The position numbers were made by a program, and so were the translations under genes. Below the pieces are notes generated by a model, which saw only the letters and a list, made by a program, of their open reading frames with translations, did not search any database and was not told the DNA's origin. A stretch of DNA of 64,000 bases, taken from positions 114,018,001-114,082,000 of the forward strand of contig JBNRSN020000003.1 in assembly GCA_051313645.2 (NCBI GenBank), given 5' to 3'. The stretch is from Centroscyllium fabricii (lineage: Eukaryota). Numbering within the stretch: position 1 is the stretch's first letter; every line of letters starts with the position of its first letter. Shown here one piece after another: positions 60,287 through 64,000 of this stretch.

Positions 60287-60796
60287 TGCTGCTGTTCTTT
60301 TGTCGCCTTTCAAATTAACATCACTGGCAGTATTTATTAGTTTTGATGCTGGAAAAAAGGAGCACCACTAGCAAGCAATTTCAGTATATAAAATGACAAA
60401 TTGCTGGAAATACACAGCAGGTCTGTCATCATCTGTGTAATGTTATTAAGGATCAGACGGGAGGCCAACACTAAGTTTCAACAGAGCTTCTTTATTCAGG
60501 TCTTATACACTGCCACTCCAAGCCTCAACTGAGGCATGGCTTAAGATGGCGTTGGCTCCCGCCACTCGGGTGTGATGTCAGACGTAAGTCAAGCCTGTGC
60601 TGTCTTTATGCCAGTCACAGCTATCCTTACATCTCCCCCCTTCAGGGAGTACAGTGTACATAACACTTAATTGCAATAACTCACTGAACACACATATTTA
60701 CAATAATATACATAGTCATTGTGACTTCCCATAGGAGCCCTTTCCGGTACCCATAACTATTTACAGTTCCTGTTTTTTATTACAAGTCCATTCTAA

Positions 60797-63420
60797 TCAC
60801 AAGTCCATTCTAATCACCAGCCTTCTGGTCCTTTGTGACCTTCTCAGTGGAACCGGTGTCTGTGGGGCACTTCCCATTCTGTCTCTTGTCTCCGTCTCTG
60901 GACCACTCAGGTCCCTTGTTTCGCGATCTGTCTGTGAGGTTTCCCTCATCTCTTCCTCTTCTTCTCCCCCTTTTTGAGGGCAAAATGTCTCATTTGTTTT
61001 CAGAAGGTGCCTCCTGTTCCTTCGGTACACCTCTCCTGTCTCAAGGCCCTGTCACACCTAGACGTTTTAGCCAGCGTATGCAAATTTGGCTAAAACGCTG
61101 AACTTTTGACCTTTTTTTTCAGTTTTGGGCGTATAATAGCGTATTCATAACGTATTGGACGTATGCATAATGTATTAGTAACGTACACAGAGCGTATCAA
61201 TAACTTACAGATAACTTATACCAACGAATGCTTAGCGTTCACAACTTATGCCCAACGATAGTCGGCGTATCGCCGATGTTTTAGATAAATTTTGATAAAT
61301 TGGAAAACGCTAGCTTAAATCGTCAAGGTGTGACAGGGCATGACAGGGGCAAGGTAATGTGTGTTCAACGATCGCCTAACGTGCCTACAACGTATGGCCA
61401 GCGTATGTGGAACGTAGAAATTGTAACATTGATACGTCGTGATTTTTTGTGCATGCACAAAAAATCACGACTTAAACGACGTATACAACCTATGGCCAGC
61501 GTATGCCAACGTGCTCTTAACGTCTGCATAACGTACCCATAACGTATCCGACGTAACCCGGCGTATGAGCCAAATTTGCATACGCTGGCTTAATCGTCTA
61601 GGTGTGACAGGGCCTTCAGTTATGACATTGTAGGATCTGGGAGCAACCTGCTGCAAGACTGTGGCCTTCTTTGACCATGACTCTGGTCCTTGAATCTGAA
61701 CCATATCCCTTTCCTGCAATGATGCTAGTCTTGTAGCAGTCCTGTCATGGTACGCCATTTGGTTTACTTGCAGCCTTCTGGCCTTGTCAGCCCACCCATC
61801 ATTTCTCTGGTTAGGTGCGATGTAGCAAGGTATTCTTGTTCTTATTTTCCTGCCCATTAAAAGCTCAGCTGGCGACTTGCCACTTGCCAATGGTGCTGCC
61901 CTGTATGACATTATTGACAGATATGGATCTGCATTAATACTTTCTGCTTTTTTCAGTAGTCTTTTGACTATTTGCACATCCTTTTCCACCTTTCCATTCG
62001 CCTGGGGATAGTGTGGGCTAGACGTTATATGTTTGAATTCATATTCGGAGGCAAATGCCCTGAACTCCTGACTGGCATATGGGGGTCCATTATCTGAGAC
62101 CAGAGTCAAGGGGATGCCCTGTCTGGAAAAAATCATTTTCAAATGTGTGATCATGCCTCTTGAAGTGGGGCTAGTCAACAGGGCTATTTCTGGGTAATTT
62201 GAATAGTAATCGATGACTAACAAATAGTCCTTTCCCCCAAAATGGAACATAACTGTTCCCACTTTTTCCCAAGGGTGGTTTGGAATTTCTGTGGAGATGA
62301 GGGGCTCCTTAGTCTGTTTATATTGATATTCCTGGCACGTGGCACACTCACTTATTAATTGATCAATGACCGCATTCATATTCGGCCAGTACAGTGCCTC
62401 TCGTGTTCGCCTTTTGGATTTTTCTGCCCCCAGGTGCCCTTCGTGTATCCTCCCCAGCATCTTTGGTCTCAAGGAGGTGGCCACCACTATTCTGTTCCCC
62501 TTGAGTAGGATTCCATTTACTATGGATAGTTCCCCTTGTATCTGATAGTATTGCTTGCAGGACCCTCTTTTCCAGCCCTCCTGCAGGTTTTTCATTACTT
62601 TTCTTAGCACTGGATCCTTTGCTGCTTCACTTGTTATCACTGCCAACTGTTGAGATGAAGCAGGCATTGCTGCGTAGACCATGTCTATGTGAAGGTTAAC
62701 GTCCTCCTCTGTGTCACTGTTTTGCGTGGCACATGGTGCAGCTCTCGACAGTGTGTCTGCAATGTACATTTGTGTCCCTGGCACATATGTCAGATCAAAA
62801 TCATAATGCTGAAGTCTCATCATCAAGCGTTGTATCCTTGGTGACATGTCGCATAATTTTTTCTTTATGATTCCTAACAGTGGCTTATGATCTGTTTCCA
62901 GTATAAATTTCGGTAGTCCATAGACATATGTGTTGAATTTTTTGCACCCAAATGCCAACCCCAGACATTCTTTTTCAATCTGTGCATACCTGCACTCTCT
63001 GGCCATCATAGAACGTGACGCATATGCCACCGGCTTCCATTCTCCATCGTCTTCTTGTAGTAGGACCACCCTGAGCCCATTCTTGGATGCATCAGTCAAC
63101 ACTTTGGTCCTTTTCTTTGGATAAAAGAATTTTAATAGGGGTTCACTACTCAAGATCTGTAATAGCCCCTTCCATTCCTGTTCATGCTCGTGTCCCCATT
63201 GGAACTCTGTTTCATGATGCAGCAGCTTTCTCAGGTGCTCAGTTTTTGTGGCTAGATTCGGGATACATTTCCCTAGATAGTTCACCATAGCAAGGGCTCT
63301 CTGCACCCCTTTTTTGTCTTCAGGCTTTTCCATGTCCTGAATTGCTTTAATCTTAGTCTTGTCTGGCTGTACCCCCTCTGTGGATATCTTGTCTCCCAGA
63401 AAAGTTATCTCCTTTACTTT
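60797..63420 (-). pseudogene. pol: Element H pol (RT end, RNase H, integrase), split by a MITE
   Basis: ITFLGDKI, TDASK, YAQIEKE, HEGHLG..CATC, SDNGPPY; removing 61044-61615 and one TCA restores in-frame RSYNVITETGEVYRRNRRHL. Confidence 0.9.
61044..61615. mobile_element. PIF/Harbinger MITE inside the H integrase
   Basis: TIRs of about 55 bp beginning AGGCCCTGTCACACCTAGACG; TSD TCA at 61041-61043 and 61616-61618. Confidence 0.92.
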
Positions 63421-64000
63421 TGTAACCTGGGTCTGAAACCCAGAGTCAGAGAGAATCTCCCTAAAGGGTTAAAAGTCTAGGGATCCAGTGGTCTGAGGTC
63501 AGGTGACCTCTTCGGTGCCAGTTTGTCTGGAAGTTCAGATCACATGGGGTGGTTGACCAGGTGTGAGGATGAACAATGTTGCCGAAAGGCTGGGCTGCCA
63601 TGGAAACCAGCACTCGGCTCCGACCAGTCTGGAAAAACAAGTTGGCCTTGCAGGTGGGGGCTGTGTGATTGCTTTGCGATAGGCTGGCTAAAAGTGGGGT
63701 GAGTTACTGGAGGGTGGAGCCAGGACAGGATAAAAGGCTGGACACGCCTAGAGACAGTTAGTTAGATCCAGAAGGAGTAAGATTGAGCTGGAGAGAAGGA
63801 GTAAGATTGAGCTGGAGAGAAGGGAGAAGATTGAGCAGGAGGTTAGATGGAGAGAAGATCCGGGAAAGATCCAGAGAAGCCATGAGAGAGGCAGTTCCAA
63901 GAGCCGTCGTTATCTCCCTGGGGATGAGGAGGCTGTAGTGTACGGTCCTCATCGTCGAGCCCTATTTGGACAGTCGTGAGTAGCACTTACTGAGAGAAGG
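63421..64000 (+). mobile_element. Probable LTR of another element inserted in the H RT; continues beyond the window
   Basis: RT homology ends abruptly at TGTAAC; GATAAAA TATA-like box at about 63729; 24-bp tandem repeat GGAGTAAGATTGAGCTGGAGAGAA at about 63774-63840. Strand inferred. Confidence 0.6.

Larger units (their letters stand above)
60436..63420 (-). mobile_element. Element H: 3' part of a Mag-like Gypsy element (3' LTR about 60436-60631)
   Basis: PPT GGGGGGAGA next to TGTAAGG at 60631; pol upstream; interrupted at 63421 by another LTR. Left LTR end inferred from a single LTR copy. Confidence 0.85.

Overview
Repeat-dense, probably intronic or intergenic DNA from a cartilaginous fish (HE1-type V-SINEs, SacSINE1-like DeuSINEs and CR1/HER1 LINEs point to a shark or ray). 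I found no supportable host exon. About half the window is LTR retrotransposons of the Ty3/Gypsy group. Four are CsRn1-like (A 574-9711, C 14669-19189, E 34013-38460, G 51696-56235; CHCC Gag, tRNA-Trp PBS, 4-bp TSD). Two are Mag-like (F 46339-51077 with a tRNA-Leu PBS; H from about 60436, partial). Two belong to a distinct lineage (B 4092-8596, nested in A; D 29109-38479, which hosts E). A further LTR starts at 63421. B and D are the most striking. They have no tRNA primer site; instead the 13-15 nt next to the 5' LTR are a perfect, co-varying reverse complement of the element's own poly(A)-signal region, suggesting self-priming and/or 5'-LTR-specific poly(A) occlusion. They also share a YLDN RT active-site motif, a very short RNaseH-integrase linker, and YY1-like repeats read in different frames. 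Other points of interest are a TSD-flanked, 5'-inverted RTE with a Penelope element at its inversion junction, hammerhead ribozyme cores, Harbinger-type MITEs carrying a fixed X-box/CRE/CCAAT module, and a strong minus-strand bias of the LTR elements. Boundaries and mismatch counts were read by eye.
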